Below, piece after piece: positions 36,618 through 45,527 of a stretch of 64,000 bases of DNA. The stretch is from contig JAVQSZ010000003.1 in assembly GCA_033581555.1 (NCBI GenBank), positions 10,654 through 74,653 of the forward strand, given 5' to 3'. The translations under genes and the position numbers were made by a program. Numbering within the stretch: the stretch's first letter is position 1; the number at the start of each line of letters is the position of its first letter. The notes below the pieces were generated by a model that made no database searches, was not told the origin of the DNA, and was given only the letters and a program-made list of their open reading frames with translations. The DNA comes from Nitrososphaerota archaeon (GTDB lineage Archaea; Thermoproteota; Nitrososphaeria_A; Caldarchaeales; Calditenuaceae).

Positions 36618-39281
36618 TCAGGCCGTAAGGCAGGCGGACCATCCGCAGTCCAAGCAGGTCGCGCATCCCTCCTGATGGGCTATCCTCTTTCCCCCGCAGC
36701 TCGGGCACCTCTCCGCGTGTAGCCCTCCGGTCGCCGACCTCTCTTCGACCTCAGTCTCCGCCTCTTCGCCAACTGCCACCTTGAGGATGAGCTTGGGGGC
36801 TGCCTCCTCGTGGGCGGGAGCCGACTCGACGGCCACCTCGATGCCCAGCGCCCTCATCATCTCCAGCGTGTTGTTCTTCACCGGTGTGAAGTACTGCCTT
36901 GTCCTCTGGCTCGGGGTCACCAGGACCTGCGAGCTCTTCGACTGGTCCCTGTAGATCGTGATGCCCTTCAGGCCGAGCTTATAGGAGAAGAGGTACGCGT
37001 TCTTGACGTCCTCCGCCGTCACCCAGTTGGGCATGTTGATGGTCTTGCTGACCGAGGCGTCCACCCACAGCCCGACGTGGTACTGGGCCCTGACGTGGTC
37101 CCACCAGGGGATGTCGTAGGCCACGACGAAGACTTTCCTCGCCTCTTCGTCGAAGAGTTCCTCGAGTCCCTGGATCGACCCGCCGTTGTCCGAGACCGCC
37201 TTGAGGACGTCGTCCCTCTTCATCCCCTTCTCCTCGAGGTACCTCTCGAACTCGGGGTCGATGTAGTAGAACGTGCCCACCGTGACCCTCTTCTCGTAGA
37301 CCAGGGCGAAGACCGGCTCTATGCCCGAGCTCGTGTCGACGAGCATCGAGATGCTTCCCGTGGGCGCGACGGAGAGGACGAAGCTGTTCCTCATCCCGTT
37401 CGCCCTGATGTGCCTGATCAGCGAGTCCCAGTCCATCGTCCAGAGCTCCCTGTGGTAGTACCCCTCTAAGGGCAGCTCGCCCTTCGGGTACCCGCTCTGC
37501 CAGTAGAGCGGGAACGGCCCCCTCTCCTTCGCCCTCCTCGCGCTCTCGAAGTACGCGTGCCACGCGATGAACTCCGAGACCCTTTGCATCAGCGCGAACC
37601 CCTCTTCGCTATGGTAGGGTATCCTCAGGGCGAGCAGCATGTCGGCGAGGCCCATGAACCCGAGCCCCACCCTCCTAGTCCTTCGGGCCATCTCGTCGAT
37701 CTCCTTCAGGGGGTAGTTGTTCACGTCGATCACGTTGTCGAGGAACCTGTACGCGGTCCTCACCGTCTCCGCGAGTCCCTCCCAGTCTATCACCGCCTTC
37801 CCGTCGACCCTCTTGACGAAGGCGTAGAGGTTCACCGAGCCGAGGTTGCAGACCTCGTACTCGTAGAGCGGCTCCTCCGCGCACGGGTTGGTCGCCCTTA
37901 TCTCCCCGAGGGCCTCCCTGAGTATGTTCCTCCTGTTGATGTTGTCGAGGAAGAGGACGCCAGGGTCCGCGGTCTTCCAAGCTGCCTCGGCGATCATGTT
38001 GAAGAGCTGACGCGGGTTCACCGTCGACCAGACCTTCCCGTCCCTCGGGTTGACGAGCGGGTAGGGCTCGTTCCTCTCGTAAAACTCCCAGAACTTGGGC
38101 TCGATCATCACGCTGATGTTGAAGTTCTCGAGGAACCCTGGCCTCTCCTTCGCCCTAATGAACTTCTCAACGTCTGGGTGCCAAGACTCAAGGATGCCCA
38201 TGTTAGCGCCCCTCCTCTTCCCGCCCTGCTTAACGACGTCTGTCACGGTGTCGATGATCCGCATGAAGGTGACTGGACCTGAGGCCACCCCGGAGGTCGA
38301 GGCTACTATGTCGCCCTCAGGCCTGAGCTTGGAGTAGTTGATCCCGATGCCCCCGCCGCTCTTGAAGATCATCGCGGCCTCGTACGCCGACCTCATGATC
38401 GACTCCATGTTGTCCTCGATCGGGAGGACGAAGCAAGCGGAGAGCTGCCCGAGCCTAGCGCCGGCGTTGAAGAGGGTGGGGCTGTTGGGCATGAACTTCT
38501 TCTCGGCCATCATCGAGTAGTAGGCGAGGTAGTCCCTCGCGTGGTCGTCGAACTCTCCCCTCCGGATCATCTCCACCACCTCCGAGAACCTGACCTTCAT
38601 CGCGCCCTCCGAGTTCAGCCTGTCGTAGAGGGCCTTCATCCTCTCTAAGTGCCACCTGTTCCAGGTGAAGAGCAGCTGGCCGTCGGGGCCCCTGAGCCCC
38701 ATCTTCCCCGACCACAGGTCCGGGTCGAAGCCCTCGGTGGGGTTGACCTTCTGGGACCTGCTGACGTCGAAGACCTTCGGGTCGTAGAGGACGTCGGGGA
38801 TCACTATCAGCGCAGCGACCCTCTGGAACATCTGCTTCGGGCCCTCGATCAGCTTCCCGGTCTCTGGGTCCCTCAGCAGGTACCTCGCCGCCATCAGCCT
38901 TAGCGAGTTGACCGAGAAGGACTTGTCGACCTCGTCGAGGTAGTCCCTCTCCAGGATCCGCATCTTCTCCTTCCTTATCCGCTCCCTCTCCTTCCTGTAC
39001 AGGATGTACGCCTTCGCGACCTCGTAAAGGTCGAACTTGACCAGCGAGAGCTCCACGAGGTCCTGGACGTCCTCGACGTGTGGGATCCTCGTCTCACCGA
39101 ACTTCTCCGCGACGAGGTTCAGGACGTGCTCCGTCACTTTGTCGAGGAGCTGCTCGTCGAGCTTGTTGGTCGCGATCATCGCCTTCCTTATCGCGTTCCT
39201 TATCCTCTCCGGGTCGAATTCGACGACGCGGCCGTCACGCTTCACGATCCTCTTGACCGGATACGAGTTCGCACCCGTCAT
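36618..39281 (-). CDS. nrdJ: Adenosylcobalamin-dependent (class II) ribonucleotide reductase with ATP cone
   Basis: IVKRDGR ATP cone, PNSPTLFNAG, LSACFV, QGGKRRGA, TNPCAE, CNLGS, APTGSIS; C-terminal Cys ribbon. Confidence 0.95.
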   Translation of the reverse strand: MTGANSYPVKRIVKRDGRVVEFDPERIRNAIRKAMIATNKLDEQLLDKVTEHVLNLVAEKFGETRIPHVEDVQDLVELSLVKFDLYEVAKAYILYRKERERIRKEKMRILERDYLDEVDKSFSVNSLRLMAARYLLRDPETGKLIEGPKQMFQRVAALIVIPDVLYDPKVFDVSRSQKVNPTEGFDPDLWSGKMGLRGPDGQLLFTWNRWHLERMKALYDRLNSEGAMKVRFSEVVEMIRRGEFDDHARDYLAYYSMMAEKKFMPNSPTLFNAGARLGQLSACFVLPIEDNMESIMRSAYEAAMIFKSGGGIGINYSKLRPEGDIVASTSGVASGPVTFMRIIDTVTDVVKQGGKRRGANMGILESWHPDVEKFIRAKERPGFLENFNISVMIEPKFWEFYERNEPYPLVNPRDGKVWSTVNPRQLFNMIAEAAWKTADPGVLFLDNINRRNILREALGEIRATNPCAEEPLYEYEVCNLGSVNLYAFVKRVDGKAVIDWEGLAETVRTAYRFLDNVIDVNNYPLKEIDEMARRTRRVGLGFMGLADMLLALRIPYHSEEGFALMQRVSEFIAWHAYFESARRAKERGPFPLYWQSGYPKGELPLEGYYHRELWTMDWDSLIRHIRANGMRNSFVLSVAPTGSISMLVDTSSGIEPVFALVYEKRVTVGTFYYIDPEFERYLEEKGMKRDDVLKAVSDNGGSIQGLEELFDEEARKVFVVAYDIPWWDHVRAQYHVGLWVDASVSKTINMPNWVTAEDVKNAYLFSYKLGLKGITIYRDQSKSSQVLVTPSQRTRQYFTPVKNNTLEMMRALGIEVAVESAPAHEEAAPKLILKVAVGEEAETEVEERSATGGLHAERCPSCGGKRIAHQEGCATCLDCGWSACLTA

Positions 39282-39493
39282 CCAAAACCACCCATACGCT
39301 TAGGCTGCAGATAATTCAATCGGCTCCACCGGCCCACTCATTCTATCCACCCAGTCATAAAAGCGTGATCCACTTCCGCCTGCATCGGATTTGAAAGGGC
39401 CGCCCTAGGCTCCACTCTTTGGCCATTAGCGGAGGCCGTGCCGCATCACGTTTTTAAACAGGTAATACGCATAGTCACATTCAGCGCGAGAGC

Positions 39494-40045
39494 ATGTTTT
39501 ATCTCGTCACGATCGAGGACGTCATAGGCATAGAGCCGAGGGAGTTCGGCGGCCCGTTGAAGGAGATCGCGATGGAGAAGCTGATCTCGATGTACGAGGG
39601 CGTCGTGGACGAGGAGCTGGGGTACGTGATCACGGTCACAGACGTGGAGGTCGACGAGGTCGGGTTCCTACTGCCAAGGGATCCGGCGTCATACCACAAG
39701 GTCAGGTGCACGCTGCTCACCTACATGCCGATGCTGCAGGAGGTCGTGGAGGGCGAGGTCGTGGACGTAACGGAGTTCGGGGCCTTCGTGAGGGTCGTGA
39801 CGATAGACGCGCTGCTGCACCTCTCCCAGATCATGGACGACTACGTCTCCCTCGACAAGAAGAACATGACGTTGGTGGGGAGCAAGACCGGCCTCAAGCT
39901 CGGGGTAGGGGACAAGGTGAGGGCGAGGGTCGTCGCGGTCTCTATAAGCGGCGGGAAGGTCGGGCTCACGACACGCCAGCCCTACCTCGGGAACCTCGAG
40001 TGGATCGCGCAGCAGGTCGCACCGAAGCCCGCGGCCAAGAGGTAG
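39494..40045 (+). CDS. rpoE1: RNA polymerase subunit E' (Rpo7)
   Basis: EVVEGEV, FGAFV, LLHLSQIMDD, RQPYLG. Confidence 0.95.
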   Translation: MFYLVTIEDVIGIEPREFGGPLKEIAMEKLISMYEGVVDEELGYVITVTDVEVDEVGFLLPRDPASYHKVRCTLLTYMPMLQEVVEGEVVDVTEFGAFVRVVTIDALLHLSQIMDDYVSLDKKNMTLVGSKTGLKLGVGDKVRARVVAVSISGGKVGLTTRQPYLGNLEWIAQQVAPKPAAKR

Positions 40046-40240
40046 ATGAGCTTGCCGAGGGAGAGGGCGTGCAGGGTCTGCAAGGCGATAACCTCTGAGG
40101 ATAAGTGCTGGAACTGCGGCTCCACCGACCTCTCCACCTCCTTCTCCGGCATGGTGGTGATGCTGGTCCCAGAGGAGTCAGAGATCGCGAGGGCGCTTGG
40201 TATCACGAAGCCTGGCAAGTATGCGGTCAGGGTGGAGTGA
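40046..40240 (+). CDS. spt4: Transcription elongation factor Spt4 (RpoE'')
   Basis: ACRVC...CWNCGS...SEIA...PGKYA. Confidence 0.95.
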   Translation: MSLPRERACRVCKAITSEDKCWNCGSTDLSTSFSGMVVMLVPEESEIARALGITKPGKYAVRVE

Positions 40241-40793
40241 GCTCTTCCGGGGCGGCGCGCGGGCGCTGGTCCTGACGGAGGCCCAGAGGGAGATCCTGAG
40301 GAGGCCGATCGGCGATCTGATCCCCGGAAGCCCGGTGGAGACGAGGGAGGCGCTCCGCGGGTTGCTCGGGGAGGGCACGGCGCTCGTCGTGGCGGTGGGC
40401 GACGTGGTCTCCGCGGAGGTCAGCGCGATCATGCCGAAGAGGGTCGTCTACGTGACCGACGACAGGAGCAGGAGGACCCCGAGCACCAGGGTCGAGCTCC
40501 AGGTCGAGGAGGAGATCCGGTGCGCGAACCCAGCGGGCTCGGTCACGAGGGAGAGCTTCGAGGCGCTCGAGGCGGCGATCCTCAGGGCCGGTAGGGTGAG
40601 GGTGCTCGTGGAGGGAGAGGAGGACCTCCTAGCGCTCGTCGCGGTCTACCTCGCTCCGACCGGGTCCCTGGTCCTCTACGGCCAACCTTCGGAGGGCTTG
40701 GTGGTGGTCGAGGTGAACGAGGAGAGGAAGAGGTTCGCGTACCTCATCTTCTCCGGGGCTGTGCCGGTGCGCGAGGCGCCTCCTTCTGCTTGA
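40197..40793 (+). CDS. GTP-dependent dephospho-CoA kinase (DUF359); start uncertain
   Basis: VGDVVS, NPAG, GEEDLL, YGQP..G. Confidence 0.9.
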   Translation: MVSRSLASMRSGWSELFRGGARALVLTEAQREILRRPIGDLIPGSPVETREALRGLLGEGTALVVAVGDVVSAEVSAIMPKRVVYVTDDRSRRTPSTRVELQVEEEIRCANPAGSVTRESFEALEAAILRAGRVRVLVEGEEDLLALVAVYLAPTGSLVLYGQPSEGLVVVEVNEERKRFAYLIFSGAVPVREAPPSA

Positions 40794-40965
40794 AGATCGT
40801 GTGGTGGCACCTGCCGCAGTAGTACCGGTCGCCGTGGTCGGCCATCAGGTAGCCGGTCCCGCAGACGGGGCAGTAGATCGTCCTCCTGACCAGCTTGCCT
40901 TCCTTAGCGACCTCGTAGAGCTTGTAGAGCGGCCTGACGCCGCCTCGTGCCATGCCCGTCCTCAT
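40744..40965 (-). CDS. rps27ae: Ribosomal protein S27ae (eS31)
   Basis: CPVCGTGYLMADHGDRYYCGRC. Confidence 0.92.
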   Translation of the reverse strand: MRTGMARGGVRPLYKLYEVAKEGKLVRRTIYCPVCGTGYLMADHGDRYYCGRCHHTIFKQKEAPRAPAQPRRR

Positions 40966-40989
40966 CAGGCTGGCTCTAATAAACCCGAG

Positions 40990-42234
40990 TTAGACGTACT
41001 CGCGGCCGATGAGCCTCCTCGCGATGATCAGCCTCATCATGTTCTCGGTCCCCTCGGCCCCGAGGACGTAGCTGAGGGCTCCGAGCCAGGCCCTGACGAT
41101 CGGCGTCTCCTTGTAGTAGGCCGCTCCGCCGAACCACTTCATCACCTCGTGGCCTATCTCGACGGCCAGTGCGGCGCACTTCAGCTTCGACATCGCGCCG
41201 TAGAGCGCCACGTCTCCTAGGTCGACGCTCCCGTCCCTCTCGACGTAGTACTTGTCGGCGACCCAGGCGGCCTTGTAGCAGAGGAGCCTCGCGGCCTCGA
41301 GCTCTTTAGCGAGGTCCGCGAACCTGAAGCTGATGGCCTGGTAGCTGGCTATCGGCTTGCCGAAGACCACCCTCTGCTTGATCCACTCCCTCCCGGCGTC
41401 GAGCATCCACCTGGCGGACCCGACCGTGATCGCACCGATCATGGACCTGGCGAGGTTGAAGCCCTCCATCGCGATCCTGAACCCTCCGTTGACGTCGCCG
41501 ATCCTGAAGGCGTCGGGGACTCGGGTCCCGTTGAAGGTCACGACCGACGTGTCGAGCCCCTTCCTCCCGATCTCGGTCCAAGGCCTGAAGCTTATGCTTC
41601 CGTCCCTGACCCCCTTTCTCTTCATCAGGACGAGGAAGTCGGTGATCGTGTTGTGCTTCGCCCTCGGGTCGCCGGTCCTAGCGATCGTGAACCACCCACC
41701 TCCCCACGGCAGGGACTCGATGACTCCCGGGAGCGAGACCATGCTCTTCTCGCCCGTCACGACCCACTCGTCGCCTTCCCTCACCGCCAGGAGCCTGACG
41801 TCGGAGACGTCGCTGCCGCCGTGCGCCTCGGTGCTCGCGATCCCTATCGCCGCCCTTCCCCTCGCGACCTCTGGGAGCACCTCGGACCTCGCCTCGTCGG
41901 ACCCGTAGAGCTGAAAGACGTAGGGCCATGAGGACTGGATGATGAAGAGGACCGCGAGCGACAGAGCCGGTGCGTGGTAGGCCAGCTCCTCGCCCGCGAT
42001 CGCGGCCTCGGTGAAGGTCCCTCCCTGCCCGGAGTACTCCTCCGAGAGGGTGAGGGCGTAGATCCCGTTCTCAGCCATCCTGCGGACCAGATCGGGGTCG
42101 ATGACACCGCTCTCGTCGATCTCGATCCAGACCGGCTCGACGTAGCGCTTGCAGAACTCCCTCACCGACTCCCTGAAGACCCTGTGGTCGGGAGACTCCG
42201 AGAAGTCCACGGCAGCAGAGCTTAACCCAATCAC
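40990..42234 (-). CDS. Acyl-CoA dehydrogenase
   Basis: TEAHGGSD, GEK, RVVFGKPIASYQ, EGTENM. Confidence 0.93.
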   Translation of the reverse strand: MIGLSSAAVDFSESPDHRVFRESVREFCKRYVEPVWIEIDESGVIDPDLVRRMAENGIYALTLSEEYSGQGGTFTEAAIAGEELAYHAPALSLAVLFIIQSSWPYVFQLYGSDEARSEVLPEVARGRAAIGIASTEAHGGSDVSDVRLLAVREGDEWVVTGEKSMVSLPGVIESLPWGGGWFTIARTGDPRAKHNTITDFLVLMKRKGVRDGSISFRPWTEIGRKGLDTSVVTFNGTRVPDAFRIGDVNGGFRIAMEGFNLARSMIGAITVGSARWMLDAGREWIKQRVVFGKPIASYQAISFRFADLAKELEAARLLCYKAAWVADKYYVERDGSVDLGDVALYGAMSKLKCAALAVEIGHEVMKWFGGAAYYKETPIVRAWLGALSYVLGAEGTENMMRLIIARRLIGREYV

Positions 42235-42277
42235 ATAAACGTGTGACCTGGACTCTCAAATAGGCCTCCGGACCTGT

Positions 42278-43198
42278 GTGATGGGCTTGATGATGAGGTT
42301 GACCTTCGTCGGGACCGGAGGAGGCATGCCGACCCCCGAGAGGGCGCTTCCCTCGCTGGCTGTGAGGTTCGCGGGGAGCCTCCTGATTTTCGACTGCGGC
42401 GAGGGGACGCAGAGGCAGCTCCTGAGGGCGGGCCTCGGGTTCCCGGAGAGCACGCACGTCTTCGTCACGCACCTCCACGCGGACCACTACCTCGGCCTCG
42501 CGGGCCTGATCGCGACGATGGACCTCCTGAGGAGGGAGGCGCCGCTCTTCGTCTATGGCCCCGAAGGGATCGGAGAGTCCCTGGAGATGATCCTGAAGGG
42601 CGCGAGGCTGAACCCGGGATTCGACGTGGTCGTGAAGGAGGTGGGCGAGGGCGAGGTGATGAGCGCGAGGGACTTCGTCGTCGAGGCGATATGGTCGAGG
42701 CACACGGTCCCCTCGCTCTCTTACAGGATCAGGGAGCGTGACAGGCCCGGGAAGGTGAACGTCGAGCTCCTCGAGTCGATAGGGCTCCCGAGGGGCCCGC
42801 TCTGGGGCGAGCTTCAAAGGGGGAGGGCGGTCCTGCACGGCGGGAGAACGATCAGGCCCGAGGAGGCCGTCGGCCCTCCGAGGAAGGGGAGGGTGGTGGT
42901 CTACTCCGGTGACTCGGCGCCCTTCGAAGGGATGGTCGAGTTCGCGCGGGGGGCCGACGTCCTGATCCACGAGAGCACCTACGACAGCAGCCTCAAGTCT
43001 AGAGCCGAGGAGGACCTCCACTCGACCGCAGCCGATGCTGCGACGATCGCGCTGAGGGCAGGCGCGAAGCTGCTAGTCCTCTACCACCTCAGCTCGAGGT
43101 ACAGGGGGAGGTGGAACCTGCTCCTGGAGGAGGCGAGGTCGATCTTCCCGAACGTCATCTTACCAGAGGACCTCCAGTCGGTCGAGGTGAAGCACTAG
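42278..43198 (+). CDS. rnz: Ribonuclease Z
   Basis: DCGEGTQ, THLHADH, exosite GP, SGD, IHEST, HLSSRY. Confidence 0.96.
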   Translation: MMGLMMRLTFVGTGGGMPTPERALPSLAVRFAGSLLIFDCGEGTQRQLLRAGLGFPESTHVFVTHLHADHYLGLAGLIATMDLLRREAPLFVYGPEGIGESLEMILKGARLNPGFDVVVKEVGEGEVMSARDFVVEAIWSRHTVPSLSYRIRERDRPGKVNVELLESIGLPRGPLWGELQRGRAVLHGGRTIRPEEAVGPPRKGRVVVYSGDSAPFEGMVEFARGADVLIHESTYDSSLKSRAEEDLHSTAADAATIALRAGAKLLVLYHLSSRYRGRWNLLLEEARSIFPNVILPEDLQSVEVKH

Positions 43199-43665
43199 AG
43201 CTGCCTCGGGCCGCCAGGCTGAAGCGTGAAGGCCTTCGGCGGCCAGACCGAGAGGTCGATGTAACCCTTCAACACCGAGAGCAGGTCGTAGGTCCTCAGA
43301 GTCCTCGGCGGTGATCCGTCCGCCTCCCTCACGACTGACCAGTCCTGCTTGACGATCAGGTGGGAGTCGTCGGGGTCAGCCGCGTCGACTGATATCCTGG
43401 ATCCTGGGGAGGCCCTGACCGCGATCGCGTCCGGAGGCAGCGATCCCACGCCCTGCCTCGCGACGACCAGCCACCGCTCACCTGAGTTCGGGGGGATTGA
43501 GCCGAGGATCCCGTCAGTCGACGAAATCGGGCCCATCGGCCTCTCGCCTGCGAGCACGGCGCCGCATGCCCTGCACCTCCAGGCCTCGAGGACTTTCAGG
43601 AGCTCCTCGCCGACGAGGACGTTGCACGCTCCGATGTAAAGGTAGTCGTGGGTCTCGCAGCCCAT
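43195..43665 (-). CDS. Hypothetical protein with CxxC (possible Zn ribbon)
   Basis: ATG 2 nt after the MBL-gene stop; MGCETH...WRCRACG; C-terminal part of the listed 483-aa ORF. Confidence 0.65.
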   Translation of the reverse strand: MGCETHDYLYIGACNVLVGEELLKVLEAWRCRACGAVLAGERPMGPISSTDGILGSIPPNSGERWLVVARQGVGSLPPDAIAVRASPGSRISVDAADPDDSHLIVKQDWSVVREADGSPPRTLRTYDLLSVLKGYIDLSVWPPKAFTLQPGGPRQL

Positions 43666-43667
43666 CC

Positions 43668-44345
43668 TCAACCCTCCGGCTCCAGGATCTCGACCCTCAC
43701 GCCCGCGAGGGACTTGAACCTCTCCGCGTCCCTCGAGGTCCCGACGATCTCTCCGAAGTGCATCGGGATCGCGAGCTTGGGCATGATCGCCTTCGCGGCC
43801 TCGGCGGCCTCCTCCGCGGTCATGACGTAGGTCCCGCTCACAGGGAGGAGCGCGACGTCGACGCCCTTCAGCTGAGCGAGCTCGGGGACGTTGTCCGTGT
43901 CTCCCGCGTGGTAGACCCTCACGCCAGCGAGTTCGATCACGTAGCCCACGCCCCCGTACTCCCTCGGGTGGAAGGGGACCCCAGGCGCCCTGAACTTGTT
44001 GACGTTGTAGGCGGGCACGGCCCGATACCTGACGCCGGCCTGCTCGCCAAAGCTCCCAGGCTCGACGAACTCCTTGACCCTGCACTTGAGGTCCCTGAGT
44101 GCCCCAGAGCAGTTCTTCGCCGCGACGATTGCGGTCCTCTCCCTGTCGACGAAGGGCTCGAGGTCCTTCAGCGAGCAGTGGTCGAAGTGGTCGTGGGTGA
44201 CGAATGCGACGTCGGCCTTCACCTGCCTCTTCGGTCTGACGTTGTACGGGTCGATGACGACCGTCTTTCCGGCGCCGGTGAGGAGGAAGCCGTCGTGGCG
44301 CAGCCACGTGACCGTGAGCTCCCCGAAGGTGACGCTGGACGGCAC
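43668..44345 (-). CDS. MBL-fold metallo-hydrolase (UPF0173-like)
   Basis: IDPY, THDHFDH, YHAGDT, IPMH. Confidence 0.92.
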   Translation of the reverse strand: MPSSVTFGELTVTWLRHDGFLLTGAGKTVVIDPYNVRPKRQVKADVAFVTHDHFDHCSLKDLEPFVDRERTAIVAAKNCSGALRDLKCRVKEFVEPGSFGEQAGVRYRAVPAYNVNKFRAPGVPFHPREYGGVGYVIELAGVRVYHAGDTDNVPELAQLKGVDVALLPVSGTYVMTAEEAAEAAKAIMPKLAIPMHFGEIVGTSRDAERFKSLAGVRVEILEPEG

Positions 44346-44375
44346 ACAGATTTTCCTTGAGCCCCAGATAAGAAC

Positions 44376-44657
44376 TTAGCCGCGAAATTGGACCCAACCG
44401 AGCCTTGCGAGCCGACTCTGCAACGTCTCCTCGAGCCTCTTTATCCGCCTGAAGCCGTCGTCGGACCCGAAGAGGAGCTCGTTGAACCCAACGAGGAACC
44501 TCACGACCCTCACCCTGGGCTCGGCCCTCGCGACCCTCCTCAGGGCGCAGGAGACGTTCGAGCAGAGGGCCTCCGCGACCCCGCTCAGGACGACGAGCTC
44601 GACGTTGTCGGGTGAGAGGACGTTGCCGCAGGCGCAGACGGGCCACCCGTCGCTCAT
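44376..44657 (-). CDS. Small hypothetical Cys-containing protein
   Basis: CACG...CSNVSC; TATA-like ATAAATTAAA upstream. Confidence 0.55.
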   Translation of the reverse strand: MSDGWPVCACGNVLSPDNVELVVLSGVAEALCSNVSCALRRVARAEPRVRVVRFLVGFNELLFGSDDGFRRIKRLEETLQSRLARLGWVQFRG

Positions 44658-44693
44658 CGGCCGGCCGCGATGACGGTTTAATTTATAGGTGCC

Positions 44694-45449
44694 ATGTTCG
44701 CGGTAGCGTTGCTGGTCGACGTCCATGCCCACCTCACGGACCCGAGGCTGATCGCAAGGCTGGGGACGGTGCTGGCTTCCGCGGCCGCCGCGGGGGTCTG
44801 GAGGGTCGTGACCTGCGGGGTCGGGCCCGAGGACTCCGAGAGGGCCCTTGAGATCGTCGACGGGCGCGTCAGGGCGTCGCTGGGCGTCGCGCCCTACGAC
44901 CTCAGGGGGTACGAGCAGGTGATCCGGCTGATCGAGCGGAAAGCCGGCGAGGTCGACGCGGTCGGCGAGGTCGGTCTGGACCTCTACAGGGGCTCAAAGG
45001 AGACGTTGGGGGAGCAAACGAGGGTCTTCAGGGAGTTCATCCGGCTCGCCAAGGAGCTCGACAAGCCGGTCGTGGTCCATAGCAGGAACGCCGGTAAGCT
45101 CGCGATCGAGGTGCTCCTCCATGAGGGCGCGGAGAGGGTCGTGATGCACGCCTACGACGGCGACGTCTCGGCCGCGAGGAGGGCCGCGGAGAGGGGCTTC
45201 AAGTTCTCGATACCTCCGAGGATCGCCGAGTCGGAACAGAAGAGGTCGCTGGTTCGGAGGCTTCCGCTCGAGGCCTTGCTCCTGGAGACCGACTCGCCCT
45301 GGCTCGGGCCCTCGAAGGGCTCGCTCAACGAGCCGAAGAACGCCTGGATCTCGGTCGAGTGGATCGCGAGGGTCAAGTCGGTCCCGCCGCAAAGGGTCGT
45401 CGAGGCCACTTATCGGAACGCGCTGGAGACCTTCGGCTGGACGGACTGA
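44694..45449 (+). CDS. tatD: TatD family nuclease
   Basis: DVHAH, GEVGLD, HSR, LETDSP, NEP. Confidence 0.93.
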   Translation: MFAVALLVDVHAHLTDPRLIARLGTVLASAAAAGVWRVVTCGVGPEDSERALEIVDGRVRASLGVAPYDLRGYEQVIRLIERKAGEVDAVGEVGLDLYRGSKETLGEQTRVFREFIRLAKELDKPVVVHSRNAGKLAIEVLLHEGAERVVMHAYDGDVSAARRAAERGFKFSIPPRIAESEQKRSLVRRLPLEALLLETDSPWLGPSKGSLNEPKNAWISVEWIARVKSVPPQRVVEATYRNALETFGWTD

Positions 45450-45500
45450 CCGATCTAAGCCTTCGCCGCGAGCCGCGCTCAGTTCTGGGTGGCAAATCTT

Positions 45501-45515
45501 ATCTATTGGATAGAT
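45501..45515. promoter_or_regulatory. Inverted repeat ATCTAT-TGG-ATAGAT, candidate operator of the ABC transporter operon
   Basis: Perfect 6-3-6 palindrome 12 nt upstream of ATG 45528. Confidence 0.5.
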
Positions 45516-45527
45516 CGACCAGACCTG

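Noticed and set aside
9575-39281. Inteins in RtcB, Cdc48, RadA and RNR
   Set aside because: Lengths are normal and there are no C...HN/C splice motifs
39282-39493. Cobalamin riboswitch upstream of nrdJ
   Set aside because: No recognisable B12-box or GGGAA core
43666-44646. N-terminal part of the 483-aa ORF 43195-44646
   Set aside because: Arg/Gly-rich off-frame read of the MBL gene; only the part from ATG 43665 looks real
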